DNA of 64,000 nucleotides from an uncultured Gemmatimonadales bacterium (GCA_963771275.1 CAVYSW010000010.1:160001-224000), one strand, 5' to 3'. Numbered from the stretch's first letter, positions 50,416 through 60,250 are shown. A program made the numbers and translations. Notes: generated by a model not told the origin, from the sequence alone.

Positions 50416-52034
50416 TGGCGATCAAGGGCAGCCTCAAGGAAGCGTCCCTGCCGGACGTGCTGCAGCTGCTCGCGCTCGGCCAGAAGACGGGATGCCTGTC
50501 GATCGCGGACCGGAACAACTTTGGCTACATCTACTTCGACCGCGGCCGGATCTCGTACGCGTCGATCGTCAACCGGCGGGACCGGCTGGGCGACATCCTC
50601 GTCAAGGCCGGGAAGCTGAAGGTGGAGCAGTTGGAGGCCGCGATCGCGCGTCAGGAGCGCGAGCGCGATCGGCGGCTCGGGCAGATCCTGATTGCCGAGG
50701 GGATGATCTCGCGGGCCGACCTGGAGCGCTACATGCGGCTCCAGATCGAGGAAGCCGTCTACTTCCTGTTCACGTGGACCCAGGGGACGTTCAACTTCGA
50801 GTCGGATGTCCGGCCCGACCACGAAGAGTTTCTCGTGTCGATCAACCCGGAGTCGCTGCTGCTCGAAGGCGCCCGCCGGGTGGACGAGTGGAGCCTGATC
50901 GAGAAGAAGATCCCGTCGTTCGACCTGATCTTCTCGGTGGAAGCCGAGCGGCTGCAGGCTTCCGAGGTGGAGCTGACGCCGGAGCAGGCGCAGATCCTCA
51001 GGCTGATCGACGGCAAGCGGGATGTGACGCGGGTGACCGAGGACTCGGGCCTGGTGGAGTTCGACGTGGGGAAGGCCCTCTATGGGCTGATCTCCGCCGG
51101 CTTCGCGCATCGGGTCGGGCGGAGCCAGGCGCCGAAGGTGCAGGAGGTCAACGAGAGCCGGATTCAGGAGCACCGCAACCTCGGCGTCGCGTTCTACAAG
51201 ACGGGCATGCTGGACGAGGCCGCCCGCGAATTCCGGCGCGTCACGGATCTGCGGTCGAACGACGGGGGTGCGCATTTCCATCTGGGGCTCGTCGCGCTGC
51301 GCCAGGCGCGGTGGCGTGATGCGGAGGCGTCGCTGCGCCAGGCCGCCGAGCTGCTGGGCGCCCGCCCGGGCGTGCTCCACAATCTCGCGCTCGCCTTCGA
51401 GCAGCTCGGCTTCCTCGATCGGGCCGACTCCGCGTACGGCGATGCGGCCGGCCGCGCCCGACACGATCCCCGCATTCTGATCGGGTGGGGGATCGCCGCG
51501 CTGCAGCGCGGGGACTTCCAGGTGGCCGAGGGGCGGCTCGACCGCGCGCGGGAAGTCACGGGGGAGAAGCCGCTGCCGGCGGTGTGGTACTGGGGTCGGG
51601 CGCTCGCGGCGGCCGGCCAGGACGCGTTCGATCAGGCCGAAGCGTTCCTCCGGGAAGGGCTGGAGCGGCACCCGCGGCATCCGATTCTGACGAACAACCT
51701 GGCGGCCCTCGTAGAGCTCGTCGGCGACGCGGCGCAGGCCGAGGAGCTGCTGCGCGACGCGCTCGCCGACGAGCCCGCCGTCCCGCAACTGTCGAAGAAC
51801 CTGGGCGACCTGCTGTACCGGTCGGGGCAGTACGACGACGCGGCCAGCGCCTACGCGCGGGCCGTCCGTCTCCAGCCGGACCTGGGCGACGACGTGTACT
51901 TCAAGCTGGGCAACATCGCCTACCGGCGCGGCGAGCGGGAGCAGGCCGCGGCCTACTGGAAACAGTCCCTCGAGCTGAATCCCAGCCACGAGTTGGCGCG
52001 GACCAACCTCGACACGCTCAGCGCGCTCGTCTGA
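50415..52034 (+). CDS. DUF4388 + MshEN-like motif + TPR protein
   Basis: [19 protein letters not shown]...KTGCL, WTQGTFNF, LLLEGARRVDEW, then TPRs. Confidence 0.8.
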   Translation: MAIKGSLKEASLPDVLQLLALGQKTGCLSIADRNNFGYIYFDRGRISYASIVNRRDRLGDILVKAGKLKVEQLEAAIARQERERDRRLGQILIAEGMISRADLERYMRLQIEEAVYFLFTWTQGTFNFESDVRPDHEEFLVSINPESLLLEGARRVDEWSLIEKKIPSFDLIFSVEAERLQASEVELTPEQAQILRLIDGKRDVTRVTEDSGLVEFDVGKALYGLISAGFAHRVGRSQAPKVQEVNESRIQEHRNLGVAFYKTGMLDEAAREFRRVTDLRSNDGGAHFHLGLVALRQARWRDAEASLRQAAELLGARPGVLHNLALAFEQLGFLDRADSAYGDAAGRARHDPRILIGWGIAALQRGDFQVAEGRLDRAREVTGEKPLPAVWYWGRALAAAGQDAFDQAEAFLREGLERHPRHPILTNNLAALVELVGDAAQAEELLRDALADEPAVPQLSKNLGDLLYRSGQYDDAASAYARAVRLQPDLGDDVYFKLGNIAYRRGEREQAAAYWKQSLELNPSHELARTNLDTLSALV

Positions 52035-52846
52035 TGGTGGCGAGCGAGGACCCCGGACTCCCGGCGCTCCTGGCGCAGATCGCGCGGGCGCGCGGCCTCG
52101 ACTGCGAAGCGTACAAGCAGAGTTGCCTGCGGCGGCGGCTCGCCGTCCGGATGCGCGCACGCGGGGCGCACACCTACGCCGACTACGCCCGGGTGCTCGC
52201 GGCCGACGGAGGCGAGTACGATCGGCTGCTCGACGCCCTGACGATCAACGTGACGAAGTTCTACCGCAATCACGAGACGTGGGATGCGCTGGCGGAACGC
52301 TACCTGCCGGACGTGTGGACGAGGCGACGCGGTGCGGTGCGCTGCTGGTCTGCGGGGTGCGCGTCCGGCGAGGAGCCGTACACCATGGCGATCCTGCTGC
52401 TCGAGTGCGCGCGGCGGCTCGGCGAGAGCGGGCCGCTCCAGGCGAGGGTGGACGCCACCGACCTCGACCGCGTGAGCCTCGAGCGCGCCGCGGTGGGACG
52501 CTATCGCGCGGCCGCCTTCGAGGAATTGCCGCCGGCGCTCGCCGACCGGTACTGCGCGCCCGGCGAAGTCCGGGAGATCGCGCCGGCGGTCCGCGCGCTC
52601 GTGCGGTTCCAGCAGCACGACCTGCTGCGGGACCCGCCGCCGCGGGCACCCTATGACGTCGTGCTCTGCCGCAACGTGGTGATCTACTTCGATCGCGCGA
52701 CGCAGGACCGGTTGTTCGCCGGGTTCGCCGACGCGCTGGCGCCCGGCGGGATCCTGGTGCTCGGCAAGGTCGAGACCTTGCTGGGGGCGGCGCGCGGCCG
52801 CCTGCGCCTCGACGACACCCGCGAGCGCATCTACCGGCGTCCATGA
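52034..52846 (+). CDS. cheR: Protein-glutamate O-methyltransferase CheR
   Basis: LTINVTKFYRN, WSAGCASGEEPYT, ATDLD, LCRNVVIYF. Confidence 0.93.
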   Translation: MVASEDPGLPALLAQIARARGLDCEAYKQSCLRRRLAVRMRARGAHTYADYARVLAADGGEYDRLLDALTINVTKFYRNHETWDALAERYLPDVWTRRRGAVRCWSAGCASGEEPYTMAILLLECARRLGESGPLQARVDATDLDRVSLERAAVGRYRAAAFEELPPALADRYCAPGEVREIAPAVRALVRFQQHDLLRDPPPRAPYDVVLCRNVVIYFDRATQDRLFAGFADALAPGGILVLGKVETLLGAARGRLRLDDTRERIYRRP

Positions 52847-53337
52847 CGGGGTCGCCCGGGAATCAGGCGGTGGGGCTCGGGCACTACGCGGTGGCCCGGG
52901 GTGGCGGCACCCTGGCCTGCCTCGGTCTCGGGAGCTGCGTGGCCGTGGTGCTGCATGACCCGGAGGCGCAGGTCGGCGGGCTCGCGCACGTGGTGCTCCC
53001 GTCGACCTCGCTCTCCCGCGACCGCTCCAACCCCGGCCGCTTTGCCGAGACGGCCGTGCCCCTGTTGATCGCCGAGACGCTGCGCGCGGGGGCAGTGCGC
53101 GGGCGCCTCTCGGCACGCCTGGTGGGTGGGGCCAGCATGTTCACCAACCTGGTGCCCGCCGGCGCGGTGCAGATGGGCCAGCGGAACGTCAATGCGTGTC
53201 GCGCCGCGCTGGAGGCGGCGGCGATCCCGATCACGGGAGAGGCGGTGGGAGGCGAGATCGGGCGCTCGGTCTGGCTGGTCGTGGAGTCGGGCGCGCTCAC
53301 CGTGCGGTCCGTCGGACGTGAGCCCGAACGCCTCTAG
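52843..53337 (+). CDS. cheD: Chemoreceptor glutamine deamidase CheD
   Basis: [40 protein letters not shown]. Confidence 0.92.
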   Translation: MTGSPGNQAVGLGHYAVARGGGTLACLGLGSCVAVVLHDPEAQVGGLAHVVLPSTSLSRDRSNPGRFAETAVPLLIAETLRAGAVRGRLSARLVGGASMFTNLVPAGAVQMGQRNVNACRAALEAAAIPITGEAVGGEIGRSVWLVVESGALTVRSVGREPERL

Positions 53338-54412
53338 CGGGGGCCCGGCCCGCACGGTGCTCGTCGTGGACGACAGCGCGCTGATGCGCCGCGTGCTGAG
53401 CGACCTGATCGAGCAGTCGGGGCGCTATCGCGTCGTCGCCGCCGCGCGGGACGGGATGGACGCGCTGGAGAAGGTCCACCGGTACCGCCCGGACGTGGTG
53501 ACGATGGACCTCGAGATGCCGGAGCTCGACGGACTGGGCGCGATCGGCTACATCATGAGCGAGGCGCCGACGCCGATCGTCGTGGTGAGCGCCTATGCCG
53601 GACCGGGAACCGCCACGGCGATCCGCGCGCTCGAGCTCGGGGCGGTCGAGATCGTCGCGAAGCCCGGGGACCGGCAGCGGGCCACCCTCGAGGCGATCGG
53701 CCCGGCCCTGCTCACGGCCCTCGATGCGGCCGTCGCCGCGGACGTCGCGCGCGTGCCGGTGCTGGCCCGGCGTCCGACGCCGGCGCTGCCGATCCGGTCG
53801 CACGGGGTGGCGGAGATGCAGGGGCGCGCGCGGGTCGCGGTGGCGATCGCCGCGAGCACCGGCGGCCCGCGAGCGCTTGCCGAAGTGATCCCGCGCCTCG
53901 CACCCGAGGGGAACGCCGGCGTGCTGATCGTGCAGCACATGCCGCCCAAGTTCACCCGCAGTCTCGCAGAGCGACTCGATCAGGGCAGTGCGCTCCGCGT
54001 GGTCGAGGCCGACGACGGCGTGCCGTTCCTCAGCGACACGGCGTACATCGCCCCGGGCGATTATCATATGCGGGTGGAGCGTTCCAGCGACGGGCCGCAG
54101 GTGCGGCTCGACCAAACGCCGCCCCTGTGGGGGGTGCGGCCGGCCGCCGATCCGCTGTTCCGGTCCGTGGCGGCGGCGTTCGGCGCGCGCGCCGTAGGGG
54201 TGGTGCTGACCGGAATGGGCCGGGATGGTGCGGCAGGGCTGCGCGCGATCCGGGATGCCGGTGGCGCGGGCATCGCCCAGGATCGCGCCACGGCCGTGAT
54301 CTACGGCATGCCACAGGTCGCGGTCCAACTCGGCGGCGTGGAGACCATCGCGCCGCTGGATGCGATCGCCGCGCACATCGCGGCGGCGGTGGGGCGCCGG
54401 GCGGGTCCGTGA
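53318..54412 (+). CDS. cheB: Chemotaxis response regulator methylesterase CheB
   Basis: REC domain ([15 protein letters not shown]) plus [25 protein letters not shown]. Confidence 0.95.
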   Translation: MSPNASSGGPARTVLVVDDSALMRRVLSDLIEQSGRYRVVAAARDGMDALEKVHRYRPDVVTMDLEMPELDGLGAIGYIMSEAPTPIVVVSAYAGPGTATAIRALELGAVEIVAKPGDRQRATLEAIGPALLTALDAAVAADVARVPVLARRPTPALPIRSHGVAEMQGRARVAVAIAASTGGPRALAEVIPRLAPEGNAGVLIVQHMPPKFTRSLAERLDQGSALRVVEADDGVPFLSDTAYIAPGDYHMRVERSSDGPQVRLDQTPPLWGVRPAADPLFRSVAAAFGARAVGVVLTGMGRDGAAGLRAIRDAGGAGIAQDRATAVIYGMPQVAVQLGGVETIAPLDAIAAHIAAAVGRRAGP

Positions 54413-54837
54413 CGACCTGCCTGCTCGTGCGCAGCGCGGACCGCACGGTCGCCCTCCCGCTGGAGGACCTCGAGCAGGTGCTCACGATCGACACCACGGT
54501 TCCCGCTCCCGGTCTGGTGCCCGCCGTCCGCGGCGTGGTCGCGGTGCGGGACGGCCTCGCGCCGGTGGTCCATCTCGGCGCGCTGATCGCCCGGAGTGCG
54601 GCACCGGCCGAGCGCGGCAGCGTGGGGGTCGTGGTGCTTGCGGGGACGCGGCGGGTGGTGCTCGAAGTGGACGAGGCTGTGGATCTCGTGCGACAGGTTC
54701 CCGAACCGCTGCCGCCCGAGTGGGGGACGGGGTGGGCATCGGGCGGCGTCCGGTGGGCGGGGGCGCTGGTCCCCGTCGTGGAGGTGGGCGCGCTCGTCGA
54801 GCGTATGGGATCGCGCAGCGCGGAGGCAGCCGCATGA
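54409..54837 (+). CDS. cheW: CheW-like protein
   Basis: VALPL...[19 protein letters not shown]...LEVDEA. Confidence 0.72.
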   Translation: MTTCLLVRSADRTVALPLEDLEQVLTIDTTVPAPGLVPAVRGVVAVRDGLAPVVHLGALIARSAAPAERGSVGVVVLAGTRRVVLEVDEAVDLVRQVPEPLPPEWGTGWASGGVRWAGALVPVVEVGALVERMGSRSAEAAA

Positions 54838-55319
54838 GCACGGGCGATGACGTCCAGCTGGTGGTGTTTCGTGTCGGGTCGCAGGCGTTCGCCGTCAACA
54901 TCTTCGAGGCCGAGCGCATCCTGCGATATCAGGAGCCCACGCCCCTGCCCAGCGCCCCGGCCTTTCTGGAAGGGGTCTTTGTGTTCGGCGAGCAGGTGAT
55001 TCCGCTGGTGGATCTGCGGAAGCGGCTCGGCGCGCCCGCGCCGATCCGCGACGAGACGCGGCTCGTCGTGCTTGCCCTCGATGTCGGGCCGGTCGGCATC
55101 GTGGTGGATGCCGTGCTCGCCGTGCGCAAGGTGGCGGCCGACGCGATCAGGCCGCCGTCGGGCCTCGTCAAGGGACTCGCCGCCGAATACGTGAACGGCA
55201 TCGCCATCGTTGACGGCCGCACGGTCGTGATCCTCGCCGCGACGCGACTGCTCTCGTCCACCGAGCAGGTCAGCGTGCGCGACCTTCTCGTGGAGGCGGG
55301 TCCATGGGCGAATCGATAG
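54834..55319 (+). CDS. cheW: CheW protein
   Basis: QLVVFRVG..FAV.I..ERILRY..PTPLP.AP.FLEG...VIPLVDLR.R...GIVVDAV. Confidence 0.88.
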   Translation: MSTGDDVQLVVFRVGSQAFAVNIFEAERILRYQEPTPLPSAPAFLEGVFVFGEQVIPLVDLRKRLGAPAPIRDETRLVVLALDVGPVGIVVDAVLAVRKVAADAIRPPSGLVKGLAAEYVNGIAIVDGRTVVILAATRLLSSTEQVSVRDLLVEAGPWANR

Positions 55320-56167
55320 CCGCGGCCCTGCGCGCCGCGTACGAAGGGATCGCGCGCCAGCTCGAGCAGGTGCGCTCCTCCGCGGAGCGCGAAGTGGTCA
55401 AGCGCGACATCATCGCGCTGTTCAAGACGGTCGATCAGGGTCTCGCCGACCTGGCGGCGCTGAAGGAGGACATCCGGGTCCTGGTGGACAAGTACAAGCA
55501 GCTCCAGGTGGGGCAGAGCGGCGACCGCGCGCCGCAGTTCACGGGCCAGGTGCCGGCCGTCCACACGAGCCACATCGACGCCTCCACGCTGATCGAGAAG
55601 GGATGGCACCTGATCTCGCTGGGGGACTATGACGGGGCGATTCAGGCGCTGGAGAAGGCGCTGCACTATGCGCCGGGTGACACGCAGGCCGAGTCCCTGC
55701 TGGGGTGGGCGCAAATGCGCCACGAGCAGTATGACGAGGCGCTGCAGAGCTTCCAGCGCGTCCTGACAAAGGAGCCGGCCAACGCGCTGGCACGGATCAA
55801 CGTCGGGTACATCTGCCTGAAGAAGCGGATCTTCGGCGAGGCCATCGAGCACCTGTCCAAGGCGATCCGGCTCGACAACGACAAGAAGGCGACGCTGTAC
55901 GCCCACTACTATCTCGGGCTGGTCTATCTCGAGCGGGAGATGTACGAGGACGCCCAGACCTTCTTCCGGAAGACGCTGGCGCTCGGCCCCAATCTGATCG
56001 AGGCCTATTTCGAGCTGGGACGGGCCCAGTGGTATGGTGGCGACCCGGCGGGAGCGAAGCAGACGTGGGCCGACGGGGTCAAGGCGAACCGGTTCACCCC
56101 CTGGGGCGCGCGCTGCCAGGAGGCGCTCGATCTCGTGGCCCAGGGCCAGGAGCCCCCGCGCTCGTAG
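55304..56167 (+). CDS. Coiled-coil + TPR protein
   Basis: N-terminal heptads, then TPRs (LLGWAQM, INVGYI, AHYYLGLVY, AYFELG). Confidence 0.8.
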   Translation: MGESIAAALRAAYEGIARQLEQVRSSAEREVVKRDIIALFKTVDQGLADLAALKEDIRVLVDKYKQLQVGQSGDRAPQFTGQVPAVHTSHIDASTLIEKGWHLISLGDYDGAIQALEKALHYAPGDTQAESLLGWAQMRHEQYDEALQSFQRVLTKEPANALARINVGYICLKKRIFGEAIEHLSKAIRLDNDKKATLYAHYYLGLVYLEREMYEDAQTFFRKTLALGPNLIEAYFELGRAQWYGGDPAGAKQTWADGVKANRFTPWGARCQEALDLVAQGQEPPRS

Positions 56168-57021
56168 CGTGGCTGCTCGCCCTCGCGGCGATCGCGCAAG
56201 GGCCCGGCTTTGTCGAGGTGAACGACGTCCGGGTCGTCTATTGGGGCGGTGACGAGCGCCTGGCGACGGCGCTGGCCGAGTACGCCGACGGGGCGGGGGA
56301 GTGGCCCGGGCTCCCGCCAATCGATCCGTTCCCTATCACCATCATCGTCACGCGCTCCGAGACCCGGTTCGACTCGCTGACGCGCCGGCGGCTGCCCGGC
56401 TGGGCCGGCGCGGCCGCCTTCCCACGCGCCAACACCATCGTGCTGAAGCTCGATGGCGATCCGATCCCGACGCTGCGTCACGAGCTCGCCCACCTGATGC
56501 TCGCGCGGGTCGCGCCGCGCGTGCCCCTGTGGTTCGCCGAAGGGTACGCGGCCCGGGCGGCCGGCGAGTGGAGCGGGCTGGACGCGCTGAGCGTGAACTG
56601 GCAGCTCGCGCGGGGCCGCACGCCGACATTCGCGCAGCTCGATCGAGAGCTCCGCGCCGGTCCGTCGAGCGCCCGCGCCGCCTACGCGCTCGCCATGGCC
56701 GCGGTGCTTTACCTCGAACGGCTGGGTGGGGATCGCGGCCTCCGCCCCCTGATCGACCATCTGGCCGAGGCGCCCGACTTCGAGACCGCGGTGCGCCAGA
56801 CCTACCTCGCGTCCATGGAGACGATCGAGGACACGTGGCGCGGCGATCTCCGGAAGCGCTACGGGTGGCTGCTGCTCGCCACGTCGTTCACCGCGTTCTG
56901 GAGCCTGGTCGGCCTGGCCGTCGGCATCGTCTGGTGGCGCCGCCGTCGGCGCGACCGCGTCCGCCGGGCCGCGCTCGACGAGGGTTGGGTGGTGCCGCCG
57001 GGGCCGGACGCGAGTGCTTGA
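56161..57021 (+). CDS. Membrane-anchored peptidase MA-like (gluzincin) protein
   Basis: HELAH followed by PLWFAEG; C-terminal TM and Arg tail. Start unresolved (in-frame GTG at 56065 or 56218). Confidence 0.72.
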   Translation, partial: LVAWLLALAAIAQGPGFVEVNDVRVVYWGGDERLATALAEYADGAGEWPGLPPIDPFPITIIVTRSETRFDSLTRRRLPGWAGAAAFPRANTIVLKLDGDPIPTLRHELAHLMLARVAPRVPLWFAEGYAARAAGEWSGLDALSVNWQLARGRTPTFAQLDRELRAGPSSARAAYALAMAAVLYLERLGGDRGLRPLIDHLAEAPDFETAVRQTYLASMETIEDTWRGDLRKRYGWLLLATSFTAFWSLVGLAVGIVWWRRRRRDRVRRAALDEGWVVPPGPDASA

Positions 57022-57055
57022 CGTGACCGGACCGAGGGGTTAGTCATGATGGCCT

Positions 57056-57241
57056 ATGCCGGCTAAGGCCTCGTCGCCCGCGAAGTTACGGTTCGGACCC
57101 AGGAACTTCGTCCTGCTCGCCGCGGCAATTGCCGCGCTCGCGGCGGGGTACTTCCTGTTGGCCCGGGGATCGACGACGCTGGCACCGATCCTGCTCGTGC
57201 TGGGGTATTGCGTGCTGTTCCCACTCGGCCTGGCACTCTAG
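57056..57241 (+). CDS. Small 2-TM membrane protein (DUF3098-like)
   Basis: FGPRNFVLL...GYFLL..GSTTLAPILLVLGY. Confidence 0.62.
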   Translation: MPAKASSPAKLRFGPRNFVLLAAAIAALAAGYFLLARGSTTLAPILLVLGYCVLFPLGLAL

Positions 57242-57255
57242 GCGCGGGCCGGCCC

Positions 57256-57329
57256 GGGCGAATAGCTCAGCGGTTCAGAGCGCCTGCCTTACACGCAGGA
57301 AGTCGGGGGTTCGAATCCCCCTTCGCCCA
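57256..57329 (+). tRNA. tRNA-Val(TAC)
   Basis: Acceptor GGGCGAA/TTCGCCC, anticodon arm CCTGC-CTTACAC-GCAGG, T-loop GGTTCGAATCC; CCA not encoded. Confidence 0.96.
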
Positions 57330-57373
57330 CTGACGCTGGCGTCGGGCCCGGGACGACTTCGGAGGACGAACGC

Positions 57374-59131
57374 GTGCAGCCTATCCGTATGGTGATTCGC
57401 CGCGCCGTGATAACGGGCGGGGTGTGCGTGGGCCTGGGGCTGCCGGCGGTGGCAGGGGCGCAACTTGCCCGCCAGGCGTCCAACGAGCGCCTGCTCGTGC
57501 TGGCACCGCTGCCGAACAACCCGGCCGACTCGACGTACGCCGTACAATTGGCGGACGCGATCCGAGACCGGATGACCCTCAAGTACCGCTTCCAGTTCCT
57601 GGTCATCCCGACGGAGAAGATCTGCGAGGCGCTCGAGGCGTCCGGGTTCAGCTGCGGCGCCCCGCTTCCGCTGGAGAACGCCGCGGCGCTGGCGCGCTTC
57701 CTCCAGGTGACGGCGTACATCGTGGGGTGGTTGCGGATTACTCCGGACAGCTCGGAATTGGTGCTGCGCCTGGTGGACGCGGCCGGCTCGGGTCTCACCG
57801 GCTGGGAGCGGTTCGCCACGCCCGCCGCGACGACGCCCGGCTCGTTCGGGCAGACCGTGGCCGACGGCCTCGACACCGAGATCAAGGCGGCCGAGCGGGC
57901 CCGCTCCTGCAACGAGCGACGCCAGCGCGGGGATACGAGGGGGGCGGTCGCGCAGGCGCTGCGGGCGTTCGAGCTGTACCCGAACCACACGGGCGCGGCG
58001 CTCTGCCTCGAGCTGGTGTACGAGCTGCAGCGTCAGCCGGTCGACAGCCTCATTGCCGTGCTCACCAAGGCTGCGGCAGGCGACTCGCTCAATAAGCGGG
58101 CGTGGGAGGACCTCAGCCGCCGGCTGCTCGAAAAGGGCGACACGGTGGGCGCGCTCAACGCGTCGCGGCGACAGCTGCGCGCCGAGCCCGTTGACCAGAA
58201 GCTGCGGGTCGGCGTCGTCGCCTGGCTCATCACCCGACGGGAATACCAGGACGCGTCGACGCTCGCCGACGAGGGCCTCGCATTCAATCCCGGCGATCTC
58301 ATGCTGCTCGGCCTCAAGGAGCGCGCGTGCCTCGAGGGCACGATGTGGCGCTGCGCGCTCGAAACCCTCGATCAGGAAGTGCAGATCGACACGGCGCTCG
58401 CCGCCGACTCGATCTTCTACCAGAAGATCTTCGGCGCGGCGCAGTCGATACCCGACACCGCGGCGATGGTGCTCTGGTCGGGCCGGGCCGTGGAGCGGTT
58501 CCCCAGCTCCGTCGCGCTGTGGCGGGCGCGGGCCGCGGCGCTCAAAGCCGTGGACGATCGCGCTGGCGCGCTGAGCGCCTACCAGCGACTCCTCACGCTC
58601 GACTCCACGCAAGTGGGCAGCGCGCTCGCGGCCGCGCAGCTGCTGCTCGACAGCACGTTCGTGATCGACACGGGCGTGCCGCTCGACACGGCGCGGCTGC
58701 ACGAAGCCGATGGGCTGCTGACCCTCGTCGCCAGCCAGACGAGCGACTCCCTCACACTGATCAACGTCGCGCGGATGTACTACAACCCGGCCGCGAAGAT
58801 CACGCAGCTGCGGATTCCGGCGGGGCTGCCGATCGCGGCCCGTTTCCTGGAGGACGCGCTGCGGTACGACAAGAGTGGCGCGCTGCTCGTCCCGGCGAAC
58901 TTCTTCCTCGGGTTGGCGTACGCCCTCCAGGTGTTCGAGGGACTGGACAAGCTGCAGGAAACGAAGTCCTGCGAGGTCGTGCAACGGAAACTCGACATGA
59001 CCCTGCAGGCTAAGCGGGCACTCACGATCGGGAAACCGATCAGCGCGGCGACGGTAAACCAGATTTTCCCGTATCTCACGCGCTTCGAGAGTGACCTCCC
59101 GAAATACAAGGCGGCCTGGAAGTGCCCGTGA
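57374..59131 (+). CDS. Secreted TPR-like alpha-helical protein
   Basis: GGAGG RBS, signal peptide (..PAVAGA-Q), several Cys pairs and TPR-like helices. Confidence 0.7.
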   Translation: MQPIRMVIRRAVITGGVCVGLGLPAVAGAQLARQASNERLLVLAPLPNNPADSTYAVQLADAIRDRMTLKYRFQFLVIPTEKICEALEASGFSCGAPLPLENAAALARFLQVTAYIVGWLRITPDSSELVLRLVDAAGSGLTGWERFATPAATTPGSFGQTVADGLDTEIKAAERARSCNERRQRGDTRGAVAQALRAFELYPNHTGAALCLELVYELQRQPVDSLIAVLTKAAAGDSLNKRAWEDLSRRLLEKGDTVGALNASRRQLRAEPVDQKLRVGVVAWLITRREYQDASTLADEGLAFNPGDLMLLGLKERACLEGTMWRCALETLDQEVQIDTALAADSIFYQKIFGAAQSIPDTAAMVLWSGRAVERFPSSVALWRARAAALKAVDDRAGALSAYQRLLTLDSTQVGSALAAAQLLLDSTFVIDTGVPLDTARLHEADGLLTLVASQTSDSLTLINVARMYYNPAAKITQLRIPAGLPIAARFLEDALRYDKSGALLVPANFFLGLAYALQVFEGLDKLQETKSCEVVQRKLDMTLQAKRALTIGKPISAATVNQIFPYLTRFESDLPKYKAAWKCP

Positions 59132-59141
59132 CGCCCGGCGC

Positions 59142-59170
59142 TTGAATCGCGCGTCGCACGCGCCTACATT
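59142..59170 (+). promoter_or_regulatory. Sigma70-type promoter for tRNA-Asp
   Basis: TTGAAT-17 nt-TACATT, 20 nt upstream of the tRNA. Confidence 0.6.
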
Positions 59171-59190
59171 CCCCTGCTGTGGGAAATCGG

Positions 59191-59265
59191 GGGGCTGTAG
59201 CTCAGCTTGGTTAGAGTGCCGGTCTGTCACACCGGAGGTCGCGGGTTCGAGCCCCGTCAGCCCCG
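59191..59265 (+). tRNA. tRNA-Asp(GTC)
   Basis: Acceptor GGGGCTG/CAGCCCC, anticodon arm CCGGT-CTGTCAC-ACCGG, GGTTCGAG T-loop; CCA not encoded. Confidence 0.96.
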
Positions 59266-59294
59266 TTCAGGCGTAGCGCGCGTGTTCCACGTGG

Positions 59295-59330
59295 CGGCCC
59301 CGCGCAAAGTCCCTGCGGGGCCGTCGTCTT
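59295..59330 (+). terminator. Hairpin after tRNA-Asp
   Basis: cggccccgc...gcggggccg followed by tcgtctt. Confidence 0.5.
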
Positions 59331-59341
59331 ACCCGGCGGTG

Positions 59342-60250
59342 GTGAGCGCATATCACGTTCCTGTCCTGGCTGCGGCGGTGCTCCGACTCCTCGGGGACCG
59401 TCGCCGCGTGGTCGACGGGACGGTCGGGGGCGGCGGGCACGCCGCCCTGATCCGCGCCACCGGCGCCGCCGTGCTCGCCATCGATTGCGATCCGGAAGCC
59501 CTCGCCGCCGCGCGCGCCCGACTGGGCGGTGACGGCGTCAGCTACGTCGCGGGGAGCTTCGCCGCCGCCGCCGTGCTCGCCCGCGTTTCCGCGTTCCGTC
59601 CCGACTGCGTGCTCCTCGACCTCGGGGTATCCTCGCATCAGCTCGACCAGGAGGCCCGAGGGTTCTCGTTCCGCCCCGGCGTCCCGCTCGACATGCGCAT
59701 GCAGCCCGCCGGTCCGACGGCCGCGGACCTGCTGAACCGCCTGCCCGTCGCCGAGCTCGCCTGCCTGTTCCGTGACGGGGCAGACGAACGCCACGCGAGC
59801 CGTCTCGCGCGGACCGTGGCGGAGCGCCGCGCGCGCGCGCCGTTTGCTGTGAGCGATGACCTGGTCAACGCCATCCGCCGGGCGCTCGGACCGCGCACCG
59901 GGCCCGGGGACTTCGCGCGGCTGTTCCAGGCGGTGCGGATCGCCGTGAACCGTGAGCTGGAGGCGCTGGCCGCCGCCCTGCCGGCCCTGCGCGACGCGCT
60001 GGTGACCGGCGGCATTCTCGCCGTGATCAGCTACCATTCAGGGGAAGACCGGCTGGTCAAGGATGCGTTCCGGTTCTGGGCGCGCGACTGCATCTGCCCG
60101 CCGCGCCAGCCCGTGTGCACCTGCGGGCACACGCCGCTCGGGCGCGTCGTCACCAGGCGACCCGTGATGCCGGACGCGGACGAGGTGGCTGCGAACCCGC
60201 GGGCACGCAGCGCGAAGCTGCGGGCGTTCGAGGTGGGACATGGCAGCTAA
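59342..60250 (+). CDS. rsmH: 16S rRNA m4C1402 methyltransferase
   Basis: YHVPVL, DGTVGGGGHA, DLGVSSHQLD..RGFSF, PLDMRM, FQAVRIAVN, ISYHSGED, NPRARSAKLR. Confidence 0.95.
   Translation: MSAYHVPVLAAAVLRLLGDRRRVVDGTVGGGGHAALIRATGAAVLAIDCDPEALAAARARLGGDGVSYVAGSFAAAAVLARVSAFRPDCVLLDLGVSSHQLDQEARGFSFRPGVPLDMRMQPAGPTAADLLNRLPVAELACLFRDGADERHASRLARTVAERRARAPFAVSDDLVNAIRRALGPRTGPGDFARLFQAVRIAVNRELEALAAALPALRDALVTGGILAVISYHSGEDRLVKDAFRFWARDCICPPRQPVCTCGHTPLGRVVTRRPVMPDADEVAANPRARSAKLRAFEVGHGS

Noticed and set aside
57018..57046. Sigma70 promoter TTGACG-17-TAGTCA before the small ORF and tRNA-Val
   Set aside because: The -10 element lacks the conserved final T; too weak to call
57256..59265. Genomic island between the two tRNAs
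   Set aside because: No integrase or duplicated tRNA 3' end seen; only one host-like gene lies between them
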